Below, one piece after another: positions 24,053 to 36,586 of a stretch of 64,000 bases of DNA. A program made the translations under genes and the position numbers. The notes under the pieces were generated by a model that was not told where the DNA came from, did not search any database, and saw only the letters and a program-made list of their open reading frames with translations. Source of the DNA: Peribolospora baueri (taxonomy: Eukaryota); NCBI GenBank assembly GCA_029717555.1, contig JAMDHS010000093.1:1-64000 (forward strand), given 5' to 3'. The stretch's first letter is position 1. Each line of letters starts with the position of its first letter.

Positions 24053-26593
24053 GCGACTGATCTTTTTATCTAACACCACTCCCATCGTCGTCAGACGGAT
24101 TTACACAGTCTATCCGTCGCCTTCGAGCTCTCAAACCCCCTTGGCCGGGAATGATGGCCAGACGCGTAAGGCGGACTCACCTGCAGGTCGGCCTTTCAAC
24201 AGGCTTTCGGAAGCTTTTGTGCCAGCGTATCTCAATTCATCCTCGGAGACCGTCTTTTTGCTGTATTTTTTTGTCTTCAACCTTGAGGAGTTCGCCCGCG
24301 ACTTGCTCCGCCTCATTGATGCCATGGAGGAGGTTTGGAAGGCAGAGGTTAAGGTCGCTGCCAGACGTCAAATGCCGTTCTGGGAGCGAATCGTCCATTC
24401 ATTCCAGGTTTCGCGGTCGACGCCCCGGCGTCTGCACCGGCATCGGCAGGAAAGGACCGTTCGACAGAAGATAGGTGAGACCAGAGGCAGGCGCCCCACG
24501 ACCGAGTTCCCAAGCCCCCGTCGCTCACCTTTGACTTGGCCTTCTTCTTGTACAGCCTACTTTTGTAGGGTTACTCCCGAGCCGGTCCTTTTCCCGCCGA
24601 ACCTTCCTCATGCCCTCAACACTCTGCAGACGCCGATGGCGATGACCAGGAAAGCCAGGGCGTGGAGATTCATTTGGGGGCTGGGCACGTGGCTACGCGA
24701 GCCTGACACCAAGTTCGCCATCAAGGCAGGCGTCGGAGCTGCAATTCTCTCTGCGCCAGCATTTGTGAGTGTGTTGTTCGTGCCTTCTGCAGACTTTGGG
24801 TTATGTGGCACTCAATCGTGGTTCTCCGGACCGTTCGCTCCAGATCGATTCACTCCGTCCCATCTTCACCGAATATAGGGGCGAATGGGCTCTCGTCTCC
24901 GTGGGTACACGCACGCTGCACTTTTTTGCCGGGGCAGAATAATCTTACAGCTTTATTCGTCTGCCCAGTTCATGGTCGTTCTCTCCCCAACGGTCGGACA
25001 ATCCAATTTTCTCGGAATTCATCGCGTTCTTGGGACTCTCTTCGGCGCCACCGTGGCATGGCTCGTCTACAGTCTTTTCCCCGACAACAATGTCGTGCTT
25101 CCCATTTTTGGCTTTTTCTTTTCGCTCCCCTGCTTCTACTACATCGTCTGTACTCCCTACGCCACCACGGGCCGATTTGTGCTGCTAACCGTGAGCATTT
25201 CCGTCCCTCGTGGTTATGATGGCCGGCACGTCCCAATTCTGACGCTGCTTCTGTCTTCCCAGTACAACCTCACTGCCCTCTACTCCTACAATCTAAGGGT
25301 CAGAGATGTGGAGGTGCAAACGATTGCATTTCATCGTTCGGTCGCCGTTGTCATCGGTGTTCTATGGGGTCTGGTGATCAATCGCCTCATATGGCCGTAC
25401 GAGGCCAGAAGGGAGCTGAGCAGGGGCCTATCACAGTGGGTTATTACGGGGGACGTGTCAAGCAAACTCTGCCTTTGCTAACGGTCACGGGTCTGTGCTT
25501 GTCTATTACAGGCTTCTCTTCTCTCTTTCCTGGTTGTATCAGCGCTTGGTGCTTTCGTACTCGACCCCCCCCGAAGTCCTCCAGAGCGCATCCCTGCACG
25601 CTTTCCCCGGCTCTGCCCCCATCGGCGATCTGGAGGCGGTGACACCCAGCAAAGCGCCCTCCGATTCCGATCCGCTCCTTTCTAGGGGCGCGCTTGCAAA
25701 TATAGGCCTTCAAAAAGGAGATTTCCAGACCATGTAAGACTTCAGACTCTTATTCTCTCCAACCTTGATTGGCATCTTGTCTTACCTCCGTGGCGTTGTC
25801 GCAGGGAGCTTCACCTTCAGGTCATGCTCATCAAGCTCGAAGGCCTGCTTGCGCAGACCAAGCACGAGCCGCGCCTGAAGGGACCGTTCCCTGTTAAGAT
25901 GTACCGGGATGTGCTAGCCGCCTGTCAGGTGTGTGCGAAGGAGCTGGCTTTGTGAGGGCCGAGTTAGGAGCTGATTGGATCATTCTCTTTTTGGCGCGTC
26001 TTGCAGAACATTCTTGACAAACTTCAGTCCATCTCCGCGGTCACGACCCGGTCCGAGTGGTACACCGATGTGCGACGAGATTTCGTGGTGCACGTCAACG
26101 CGGAGCGCCGCACGATGGTTGGGCAGGTGCTGCTCACCTTCTGGCTGCTCGCTTCGGCTTTTCGCCTCAAGACTCCACTGCCACCCTACCTTCCGCCGGC
26201 CGCCGAAAGCCGGCAGAGATTGATGGAGAAGATCAGAGAGCTGCCTGCAGTGAAGCGAAGAATAGCGCGAGGGAGCAGTCGGCTGGTGTTCTATAGCTAT
26301 GTGCTCGCGATGAAGGTGAGTGAGATGACCTGGTCCCCTTTGATATTTTTTGCCCGCTGAATCGCTGCGTGCTTTGATACCTTTTCCTGCAGGACATCAT
26401 TGACCAGCTTGAAGCGCTCGGCGAGATCGTACAATGTTTGTTCGGCGTGCTCGGAGGAGATCGGGAAAATTTTGAGAGCCTCTTCACTGCGTCGGACGAG
26501 GAGCTTGCTGGCTTATCTGCGCAAGCGGTGGCGGAATCGGAGGGAGCGGATGCCGCGCCGACAGGAAATCTGTCCGGGATGCACTGGAACTAG
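21471..26593 (+). CDS. Aromatic acid exporter / FUSC-like integral membrane protein
   Basis: Disordered N-terminus, then GILKCALAYLIASLFT, YYHPAKTRGAMVEA, KFAIKAGVGAAILSAPAF, YRGEWALVSFMVVLSPTVGQSN, GRFVLLTYNLTALYSYN, WPYEARREL and HEPRLKGPFP. The last exon ends SGMHWN*. Confidence 0.85.
24018..24047 (+). repeat. Poly-T homopolymer (about 30 nt) in an intron
   Basis: Run of T directly after the donor GTGAGC in the FUSC-like gene. Confidence 0.9.
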
Positions 26594-26982
26594 GAGAGCC
26601 TTGTCTTCGTCGCCTATTCTCTCCCCACCGAGGGCATCACTATCCTGTCTAGTTCGATATCCATTCCGCCCCATCACTCGCTCGCTGCCTTGGCCGAGAA
26701 ATAACTTTTGCGTATGGAATGGAGACGATGCGATGAGAAGTCGTATGGCAATTTCGCCCCGAACTCGTCCTCCCACTTCCACCGCCCGCCGGCCGGCGAT
26801 TTAACCGGTCGGCGCGGCGTTATTTCCGCGACGGACGCCGAGATGCGGGGTAAACAATACGGCCGCGCGACGCAGACATCGTCCTCTCTCCCCTCCAATT
26901 GCACTTGTCCTCGACGCCCAGAGCAGCCGGCTCGCTTTTCCTTTCTTCTTGCTTGCCCAACTTGCATCACCCTTTCGGCACG

Positions 26983-29466
26983 ATGGCCCTCGCAGCCCGC
27001 TCTATCGTCTTGCTCGCACCCGCCGCCTCCGTGCGGCCGGCCTTGCATCGACCTCGCTTATGTCGTTCCACCGTCTCGACTTTCTTTACTCCGTGCGCAA
27101 ACCGCTCTCTTCACACTACCGCTTTGCTCCGGAGCGCCGCGCCCACTACTAACACCGGCACGAGCACCTTTTCCGGAATGTCCGAGGACGGCCTGACGGA
27201 ATCCCAGATTGATGTGCGGAGGAGCGTGGCGAAGATATGTGAAAAGTTTGGGGATGACTACTGGCTGGAGAAGGAGAGGTGCGTTTGTCCGCTTGTCCTC
27301 TGTGCGTGGGAAGGGAGGAATGAAGAAGACACGACCTTTTTTCGCTTCCTCTTCACTCCCGCTCGCGTCCACCCGCAATGGTCCCACTAGGACGGCCACC
27401 TACCCGCATGAGCTCTACGAAGCCCTTTCGAAAGCGGGCTACATTGGCATATGCATGCCGTCGGAACTCGGAGGTGTCGGCCTGGGTATCAGCGAGGCGA
27501 CGGTCATGTTACAGACCATTGCTGAAAGCGGCGCCGGGAGTGAGTGGACGCGCGAATGGCTTTTTTTTCTGCTGGGGATCGGTCGTTTACTGAACTGGTC
27601 TTCCCCCCGCACTTCTCACCTCTGATGCAGTTGCTGGTGCGCAAAGGTGAATATGCTCTCTGCTTGCGTCTTTCGGCCGCTTCTACCTGCTTTGATTCGC
27701 GGGATTGACCCGAACTGCCAAGGCGCACACTTTCCTCGCATCTATGGCTCGCTTCTCCACTCCTCCAACCATGCCACCTAGCATACACGCAAACGTTTAT
27801 CCAATCATGCCAATCATCGAATTTGCCTCGGAAGAGCAGAAGCAAGACTGGCTGCCCAAGATGATCAGCGGAGAGATTCGCAGCTGCTTCGCCATCACTG
27901 AGCCGACCACGGGTTTGGGTCAGTAGTGGAGGGCGTGACCCTGATCAGCGATAAGATGAGGCAGAGGGGAAGAAGGAGAGACACCTGAAATGGGACTCCT
28001 GTACTGATCCTCGGATCCCGTTCGTCGCTCCCCTTTCACGTCCGGGAACGACAGAGACGCTGAAACTCAAGACAAAGGCGGAGAAGAAGGGCAGCAAGTA
28101 TGTCATTAACGGCCAAAAGATGTAAGAGCGCGCCTTGACGTACTCCGCCCTATCCAAGCTGCCAAGCTGACAACAATTTGGCCCTTCCACAGCTGGACGT
28201 CATCCGCACAAGTCGCTTCCCGTGCCGTCATCCTAGCTCGCACGTCGCCCCCTACGCCCTCCTCCCGCTCCTCCGGCCTCTCTCTTTTTTTTGCCCCACT
28301 CCGCTCCGCGCCCGGCTCCTCAAACTCGCTCCGCCCCGGCGTTAGTATGAGCAAGATTGACAAGATGGGTGGGAACGCGGTGGATGCCAATGAGGTCTTC
28401 TTTGATGGGTTTGAGGTGGACGAGAAGGATCTGGTCGGGGAGGAGGGCAAGGGATTCAAGATGGTCTTACATGGGATGAATGCTGAGAGGTGGGTGGGGC
28501 GTCGACGACGTTTTGAGCTAGAGTTCGACGCCCGACTGGGGGTCTTGACCGATCGCTCCGCTTCCTACACGTCTGGTGGGCTCATCCGCGTCGCCGCGTT
28601 CCGCTTGACCCCCAACAACCTCGTAGATGTCTTCTCGCCGGAGAGGTAAGCCGGTCTGCGTCTGTACTCTGTGTTTACCCGTCGTCGTCATCTGACTGAC
28701 GCGCGCACAGGCCCTCGGAAATGGATATGCGGCGCTTCGTCGCGCGACGCGGTATGCGAGCGAGAGGATCGTGTTTGGAAAGCCGATCGGTCAGGTAAGT
28801 GTGTGCACATGCCGGCCGTCCGTCTCCGCGGGGACCTTTGCGCCGGTCTCATCGGACGCTTGTCCCGTCCACCTCTCCCTTACCCCCCGCCAGAACCAAG
28901 CGATCCAACATGCGCTCGCGAAAGCGTGGGCGCAACTCGAATCGGCAAAGTTCCTGACGTACGCAGCGGCGCGCATGTACGACTCGCGTCACCCGGACGC
29001 GGGCGCTCATTGCAACGCGGCCAAGTACGTTTCGGCGGAAGCTGGGTACGAGGCGTGTGAGACGGCGGTGATGGTGCACGGGGGGATGGGGTATGCGAAC
29101 GAGTTCCACGTCGAAAGGTACCTGAGGGAGAGGTGAGCGTGAGGCGATTCGACGCGACGTGACGCGCCCGTCCGCTCTCTGTTTCGGTCCGCCGGTTCTG
29201 ATACATGCACACCTCCTTTTCCGTCCCTCTCCTCCGCACAGTCTCGTCCCGCGCATAGCGCCGGTCAGGTGAGCGAGCCCTCTTCTTCATCCCGCTCCGT
29301 CCCGTCACTTCATTTTTCCCTCCAAAACTCAACGCGATACCGCGTCGCATCCCGTCTTTTTTCGTTTCGTTTCCCGGACGTCCCGCTCGCCAAACCGAAC
29401 CGCAGTCGTGAGATGGTGCTGAACTACATCGGCCAGCGCGTGCTCGGTCTGCCAAAGTCTTATTGA
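26983..29466 (+). CDS. Acyl-CoA dehydrogenase, probably mitochondrial
   Basis: Presequence MALAARSIVLLAPAASVRPALHRPRL, then GGVGLG, CFAITEPTTG, YVINGQKIW, GEEGKGFKMVLHGMNAER, FGKPIGQNQAIQH, HGGMGYANEFHVERYLRE and LGLPKSY*. Micro-exons at 27631-27646 and 28627-28645. Confidence 0.93.
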
Positions 29467-29701
29467 GCGAAGGACGGGCGGGCGGGCGGCGTGAGGACGT
29501 ACGTTTGGGCCCATGTCAGTACACGATGTAAACAAGCGGAGTGGAATGGAATATGGATCGGATGGACGGACGTGCGCTCGTTCTCGGCCGTCACAAGCGC
29601 GCAGCTACAGTACAGACAGGCGGCGGACAGGCGGACAGGGCAGTCAATCAGGCCTCCCTTCTTCCTTCCTTCCTCTTCTGTTTTTTCTTCCTCCCTCTCC
29701 G

Positions 29702-32327
29702 TCAAACAGCGTTCACGTCGACCATCTCGGCATCAGCGTCAGCAATGTCCCTGACCGTCGCGTCACCCAACCTGCCCATCTTCGCCTGCCCTCGCCGCTG
29801 CCGAACCTCATGCCCACGCCCACGCCGTCCCCCTCCCTCCCCTTGTCCGCCGCGTCGCCGTTCCTCGGCCCATCCCGATCCCGATTCCGGCCTGTCTTTG
29901 TCATCGTCGGCGACATGTCTGTCGTCCAACTCCAACCCCTCCTCTTCGTCGCCGTCCTCGTCACCGCCGCCGTCGCCGTCAGACGACGTCGCATCCTCAT
30001 CCTCCTCATCCTCTCCCGCGGGGCGAGAACGCGAATGAGACTCTTCGGCCTCGTGTTTGCCCTTCCAATCAGCTCCTGCTCCCTGAAAGCCTGCCGCCAC
30101 CGCCGCCGCAGCAGCAGCGACCGCGGCTGCAGCGGCAGAAGATGAAGAGGAAGAGGAGGAGGCGCCCCTCGATGGCCAGTGCGGCTTGCCGTGGTACGTC
30201 TGCGTCTGCGGTCGTGCCTGTGCCTGTGCCTTGAGGCTGCCTTCGTATGCGAGCCTGGACGGGGTGGATCCGACGGCGCCGCCGTCTTTTGCAGACGACT
30301 CCGACTCGGCCTCGGGTCCGGAGGGAGACGCGGCAGAAGCTGGAGACGCGGTGCCTGACTGTCCTTCCGCTCCTCCTCCGCCGCCGCCGTCGCCGCCGTC
30401 GCCGTCCCCCCTAGGCTCGTGAATCCTGGCGTGTCGGTTGAGGGTGGTACGGCGGGTGAAGGTCTTGTTGCAGTTCGGGTGCTGACACGCGTACGGGCGG
30501 CGTCCGGAGTGAGTGCGACTGACGGCCATTGAAGAGGGAGCGAACGGAAAAGCGTCATCAAAACTCCGCGTCCATCAACGATGATCGCACGACATACGCA
30601 CCGATGACGAGCAAGGGAAGAAGAGTCGCTAAAGCTCTTGGCGCAGCCACGGTACTCGCAGAGATGAGGTCTTTCACCGGAGTGGACGCGGGAGTGGACG
30701 GTGAGGGCTGAGCGCTGAGGGAACGAAAGGAGAAAAAAAAACATCGGAAAGGAGACGAGACGAATATGAGCCGTCGCAATGAAACGGATAAAAAACATCA
30801 AAAAAAAAAAAGAAGACAAACCTGAATAAAAGCCTTTCCACACCCAACAAACCCACAAACATAAGGTCTCTCTCCGGTATGAATCCTCCGATGACGGGCA
30901 AGATCGCTCCGCCTGCTAAACGTCTTTCCGCAGTCGCATGGGTGTTGTTGGTGTTGTCCTTTGTCTGCTCCGGCTCCGGTGGCGGTGGCAGTGGCGGTGC
31001 CGGTGACGGTGTTGGTGTTGGAGGATGGGCCTTTTGAGTCCGAGTCGGCCAAAGAGTCGCCGCCGCCGGCGACGCCGTTTCTGCTCGACCCTCCGCCGCC
31101 ACCACCGGGTTTGGGAGATAAACGTGGGTCCAAACGTGGGTCCAGGGGAAGTTGTTGGTAGTAGTGCGACGACCGTCGGCCGGGGGAGGCGGGGAGGGGG
31201 TAATGATGAGGGTGGTGACGATGGTGCGTCGTCGTCGGCTTGGGGTCGTCGCGCACGTTGGAGGTGAAAGGCGACGAGGATCGGCCGGGCGGCGAGGAGA
31301 ACCTGGGCGCCGGGGCGGAGGCGTGGCGACCTGGAAGGGGGGATGGGAGGGCGGGGACGCCGCGGAGGGCGCCCGGGTAGAAAGGTGCGAGACTGGGGCC
31401 GCCGCCATCGTTGGCGGGTCGTGGACTGGCGTCGGGGGTGGCGGCCACGTCGGCCACGCCGGTGGAACGGGTGTAACTAGAAGGCAAAGAAGGGATAAGC
31501 GGCGTGGCGGTCATGGCCTGGCGGGACATGTCTGCGGAAGAGAGGTCGGCGACGGCGGCGGAGGAAGAAGAAGAAGAAGAAGAAGACAAAGCGGGTCTCG
31601 AGCCGTAGGTGGCGGCCATGTGGCTGGCAGCAGCGAGGACGGAAAGCGGGGTGGTCCTGTCGGCGTCGTCATGCGAAGGGGAGCGTTCGTGGCGATAATC
31701 ATCGGCGGCGTCCGTATCGGCGTCGGCGTCTGCGTACCTGGTGCGGTCGTAGACGGCCCTCCTCTTGCCGTTGGCGACGGCGGCGGGATGGGGTACGTCG
31801 ACGGCCACGTCCGTCTCGCGCGCGTTTTGCGGTTCCCTCTGCGCACGGGCCGCACGGGCTCGGGCATGGTGGGCGGCCTCGAGCATGGCGGCGACGGTGC
31901 GGGTGTTGCCGGGCTTGATGCCGAGGAGCTCGACGGAGTTGGGCGTGGCTGCGCCGCTGGAGTGGAAGGAAGGAAGGGGGGAAAGGCTGATGCGGTTCGG
32001 ACTGACGGTGGACGGCGGGGGTGGTCGTCGGGCGCTTGAAGCGGAGGAGGGGGCGATGTCGGTGTCGGTGTCGGTCTCCCTGTCGACGGCGGGGGGGGCG
32101 GAGGGAGGGCGTGGTGGGCGGCGACGATGGTGGTCGTGGTGGTCGTGGTCAAGGTCACGGTCAAGACCGCCAGTGGCGGACGCGGAATCTGGCTCGCGGT
32201 CAGTCATGAGCGGGTGGTAGTCGACGGCGGGGTCGACGGCGGCGGCGAGGACGTAGTCGTAGAGGGCGCGGCCGTTGGGAGCGAGTTTGGGAGAGGGCGG
32301 TGGGAGTTGGGCTGGCTTGGAGTGCAT
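29702..32327 (-). CDS. C2H2 zinc-finger transcription factor with 4 tandem fingers
   Basis: Exons 32327-30822, 30714-30602 and about 30519-29702. Finger helices [24 protein letters not shown] and RRTTLNRH with HTGERP-type linkers and low-complexity flanks. Start taken at MHSKPAQL. Confidence 0.88.
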
Positions 32328-32829
32328 GACGGGGGGAGGGAAAGGGATGAGAAGGAGGTGGAAGAAGGAGCTGTTGATGGATGAAGAGAAAGAAGGAAAG
32401 AAGCCCGTGCGCGGCGGGGACTTAGGGTTCGCTGGCCTGTGCGTCGGCTGGAGGAGGAGAAGCGGAGGAAGACAAAGCGGGAGCGACTCTGTGCGAGCCT
32501 CGGCGACTCTGTGCGAGTCGGCGAGTCCTGTGCGAGCCGAGCCTTGTCGCCGTCCGTGCGCGCCTCGCTGGTCTGTGCGGCCAGCCACATGCTCACCCAA
32601 CCCTACTTGTCTTCTTCTTCCCACCCGCCGCAGCCAATCTTCGCCGCCACGTGACCAGCCGGAACGGCTGCGGCTGCGGCGCCGACCGCGCACCTCGATC
32701 GTTGGTCCGGGAGCGGCGCGGAGGTGGAAGAGGTGGAAGAACGAAAGACTCACACAAGGACGAGAGACAAGTTCACTTTCTTCCCTCCCTCCCTCTTTCC
32801 CTCCTCCCTCTACCCTCCCCGCCCGGTCC

Positions 32830-35616
32830 ATGCAAAGACCGCTGCCCGCTCTCTCTTTCGCGGCAGCACTCTCTACCTCCTTCGTCACCCCCAGCCTAAC
32901 CCGCATCCGCACCCGCACCTTCTCGTCTTTCTCACCCCCGCACGCCCCCGCCATGGCCACCGCCACCGCCACCGCCAGCGCACACCACCATGCCCTCCAG
33001 GCCGTCAAGAACAGTCAGACCATCGCCATTCCTCCCTTTGACCGCCCCCAGTTTGAAAATCTCATGATCAAGCGGTTCTTCTATGCTCCTGCATTCGAGA
33101 TCTACGGCGGCGTCGCCGGACTATACGACTACGGACCCCCCGGCTCCGCTCTCCAAGCCAACCTCCTCTCCGTCTGGCGCTCCCACTTCATCATCGAAGA
33201 AGAGATGCTAGAGCTAGACACCACCATCATGACCCCTCACGACGTCCTTAAGACTTCGGGACATGTTGACAAGTTTTCCGATTGGATGGTCAAGGATGTT
33301 AAGAATGGGGAGATCTTTCGCGCTGATCATCTCGTCGAGGGCGTCCTTGAAGCCCGTCTCAAGGGCGATAAGGAGGCCAGGGGACAAGTCGACGGACCGG
33401 CCGCACCGGACGCCGATGCCGACAAGGACGACAAGAGCAAGGCGAAGAAGAAAAAGAAAAATTTCAAGAGCGTCGCCGTGAAGCTCGATGATGCCGTCGT
33501 GGCAGAGTATGAAAACGTGCTCGCACAGGTGAGTTTTGTGAAGGGCACAATCACATAATAGAACGAATTACCCTCCCTCTTTCCCAGATAGAAGTTTGAA
33601 AACACATTTGAGAATTTTGGATTTGACTCGGCAACCCCCCTTTTCCTCAACCTCCCGTTCTCTTTCAACGCCCCCAGATCGACAATTACTCCGGCCCACA
33701 GCTCGGCGAGCTCATCCGCAAGTACGAAATCAAAAACCCAGAGACGGGCAACGACCTTACCGAGCCCGTCGAATTCAACCTCATGTTCGACAGCTCCATC
33801 GGTCCTACCGGCCAGCTCAAAGGGTGAGCCGGTCCGATCTGCGCCTCCCCTCCCAGCCTAGCCTCGACCTCACCGTGTCTCTCCCTGCCTCTCCCCTTCG
33901 TCTCCCAGCTACCTCCGCCCAGAGACCGCTCAGGGTCACTTCGTCAACTTTTCCCGCCTCCTCGACTTTAACCAGGGCCGAGTTCCGTTCGCGTCTGCTC
34001 AGATCGGAAAGAGCTTCCGTAACGAGATCAGCCCGAGGCAGGGTCTCTTGCGAGTCCGCGAGTTCACCATGGCGGAGATCGAGCACTTTGTGGACCCGTT
34101 GGAGAAGGACCACGTGAGGTTTGATGATGTCAAGGACATTGTCCTCAACTTGTTGCCCAAGGACGTTCAAGTCGGAGGTAGCACTGAAACGGTCAAGAAG
34201 ACCATTGGCGAGGCCGTGAGCGAGCGCATGGTCGACAACCAGACGCTCGGCTACTTCCTCGGCAGGATCCACCTCTTCCTCATGAAGATCGGCATCGACC
34301 CCTCCCGCCTCCGCTTCCGTCAGCACATGGCCAACGAGATGGCGCACTATGCAGCGGACTGCTGGGACGCCGAGATCCACACTTCGTACGGCTGGATCGA
34401 GTGTGTCGGTTGTGCCGATCGCTCGGCCTACGACCTCACCGTGCACGCCAAGCGAACGAGGGAACGTCTGGCCGTTCAAAAAGCCTACGCGGAGCCCAAG
34501 ATCGAAGAGCGATGGGTGGCAGAGGTGCCCAAGGCGGCGAAAAAGAGCTTTGGAATCAAGTTTAAGAAGGACGCCAAGCTTGTTGAGGAATACCTTAAGG
34601 AGGTGGGGCAGCTTGAGTTGGAGGCTTTGATGAGCAAGCTCAAGAACGGGTGGGTGCTGGCTTTGTGGGCGATCGACTGGAGGCATGTTCAATCACTCAC
34701 TTTACGTTTCATTCATCCCGTTTTTCTTCAGTCCGACCAAATTGACCATCGATGGCGCCGAGTTTGAACTCGAGCCCGACCACGTCCTTATCGAGAGGCG
34801 GACGATCAAGGAGGCCGGTGAGTCCTCGTCCATCCCAACCGCCGCTCCTTCTTTCCATCGCGCTCACCCATCCGTCTATCTACATCTCCCTCCCAGTCCG
34901 AGAATTCACCCCAAACGTCATCGAGCCCTCTTTCGGCATCGGCCGCATCTTCTACGCCCTCCTCGAACACAACTTCTGGGCTCGGCCCGAAGACACCGCC
35001 CGTGCAGTGCTTAGCTTGCCCCCCGCCGTCGCTCCGGTCAAGTGCCTCGTCGTGCCGTTGAGCAACCATCCGGACTTTGCGCCGCTTGTTAGAGAAGTTT
35101 GTGAGTACACCGCTGTTCGTTCGACGGAGCTTTGTCGTGTCGTCGTCGTCGTCGTCGTCAAACTGACCTCCTTTTCCTCCTTCCCATTTCCCAGCCGCAA
35201 AGCTCCGCCGTGCCGGCATCGCCAGCCGTGTGGACGACTCGAGCGTGTCGATCGGCAAGCGTTACTCTCGCACCGACGAGCTCGGCACGCCTTACGGCGT
35301 CACGCTTGACTTTGCTTGTGCGTTTTCCTTTCCTCGTCCCCCGGTCGTCCGTTTCGTTTGTCTCGGTCATAAGGCTCACTCCCTTCTCTTCCTTCTCTTC
35401 CCTCATTCCGCTCCACCCGTAGCCGTCAAGAACCGCACGATGACGCTGCGCGAGCGCGACACGACAGAGCAGTTGATCGGCGGCATCGACGAGGTGCTCG
35501 ACGTCGTCCGCTCCCTCTGCGACGGGTCCCTCTCCTGGGCCGGCGCCCGCCAGAGGCTGCCTCTCTACTCGGGTGTGCAGGACGCCGACACGCCCGGCCA
35601 GCAGAGCCAGAAGTGA
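32830..35616 (+). CDS. GRS1: Glycyl-tRNA synthetase (eukaryotic type), probably both cytosolic and mitochondrial
   Basis: [83 protein letters not shown] and [12 protein letters not shown]. In-frame ATGs at 32830 and 32953. Confidence 0.97.
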
Positions 35617-36586
35617 CGGACGGGGCGGCGTGGTGTAGTGTGACGTAGATTGCTCGTTCCGACTCTCTCTTTTCTGTTCTCGGCTCGGTCGACGCGCCGG
35701 GGAGCGGGACTCGGATCTCTGGGAAAAAAAGCTCTGACTGAAAAGAGCGCACGCATGGCATGTGTTGTGTGAGACAAGGCTAGGCTTACCCGTGTAGACG
35801 TCGTCGTCCTCTTTCTTTGCCTTTGGATGTCAACGCTTCACATCTCGTCGGTCCGGTCCGGATCTGGGCATGCCGTCTCGCCTGCCTGAAGATGGTGGGA
35901 AAAGAAAATAAAGTTCATTCCGCCCTAATCCTCAAACCGTCCGCCTCCTTCTGATCTTCCGGCTCCGTGAGACTCATGATAGTCGCTTCGAGGCAGCGCG
36001 ACGCCGCGCCAGGCCGCACTTGTTAGGTCTTCGTTTCGCAACTCAGTTCGCCAAAGTACGATTTGCGCTTTGCGCCGACGAAAGAAAAAGCCCGAGCTCG
36101 ACGTTGGAGCGTTTCTTTTCTAGTGGGTCCCCGTTCCCGTCCCCGGCCATCCATGCCGCTCGCTGGCTGCCTTCTTGAGCGTGGCGTGTGCTCGACGTTT
36201 TTATCCTTTTCTTGCGCCGTCTGCTCACCGTCTATGTCATCACTCAGATAATACACTCCTCTCTCCCTGCTGACCTTTCTAGCCACCATCGTGGCCCCTC
36301 GTTCTGCCCGCTCCGAGTTTCGAAGGGACGGACGGCGTCCGGCGCTGACACCCGTCCCCCCCGGGGTCAGAGCTCCCCCTTCGTATATGTGCATCGCACC
36401 GTGCGGCTTCCTCGCTGGACATTGAACTGTGGAACAGGTAGGAGTACAGGCATAAGGAAAGAGGAAATCGAAATCGAAAGCGACATGGCGACCGAATCTC
36501 GAAGGCAAGCAGGCAGGGGGCGAGCGCGAAGCGGAAGCGGTCACGGCGAAAGGAGGAAGACAAAAAAAAATACTTGGGCTAGGAGG

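Noticed and set aside
29713..30858. Second long minus-strand frame over the C2H2 gene's last exon
   Set aside because: Splicing phase places finger 4 in the 29702 frame. The alternative frame is an Arg-rich GC artefact.
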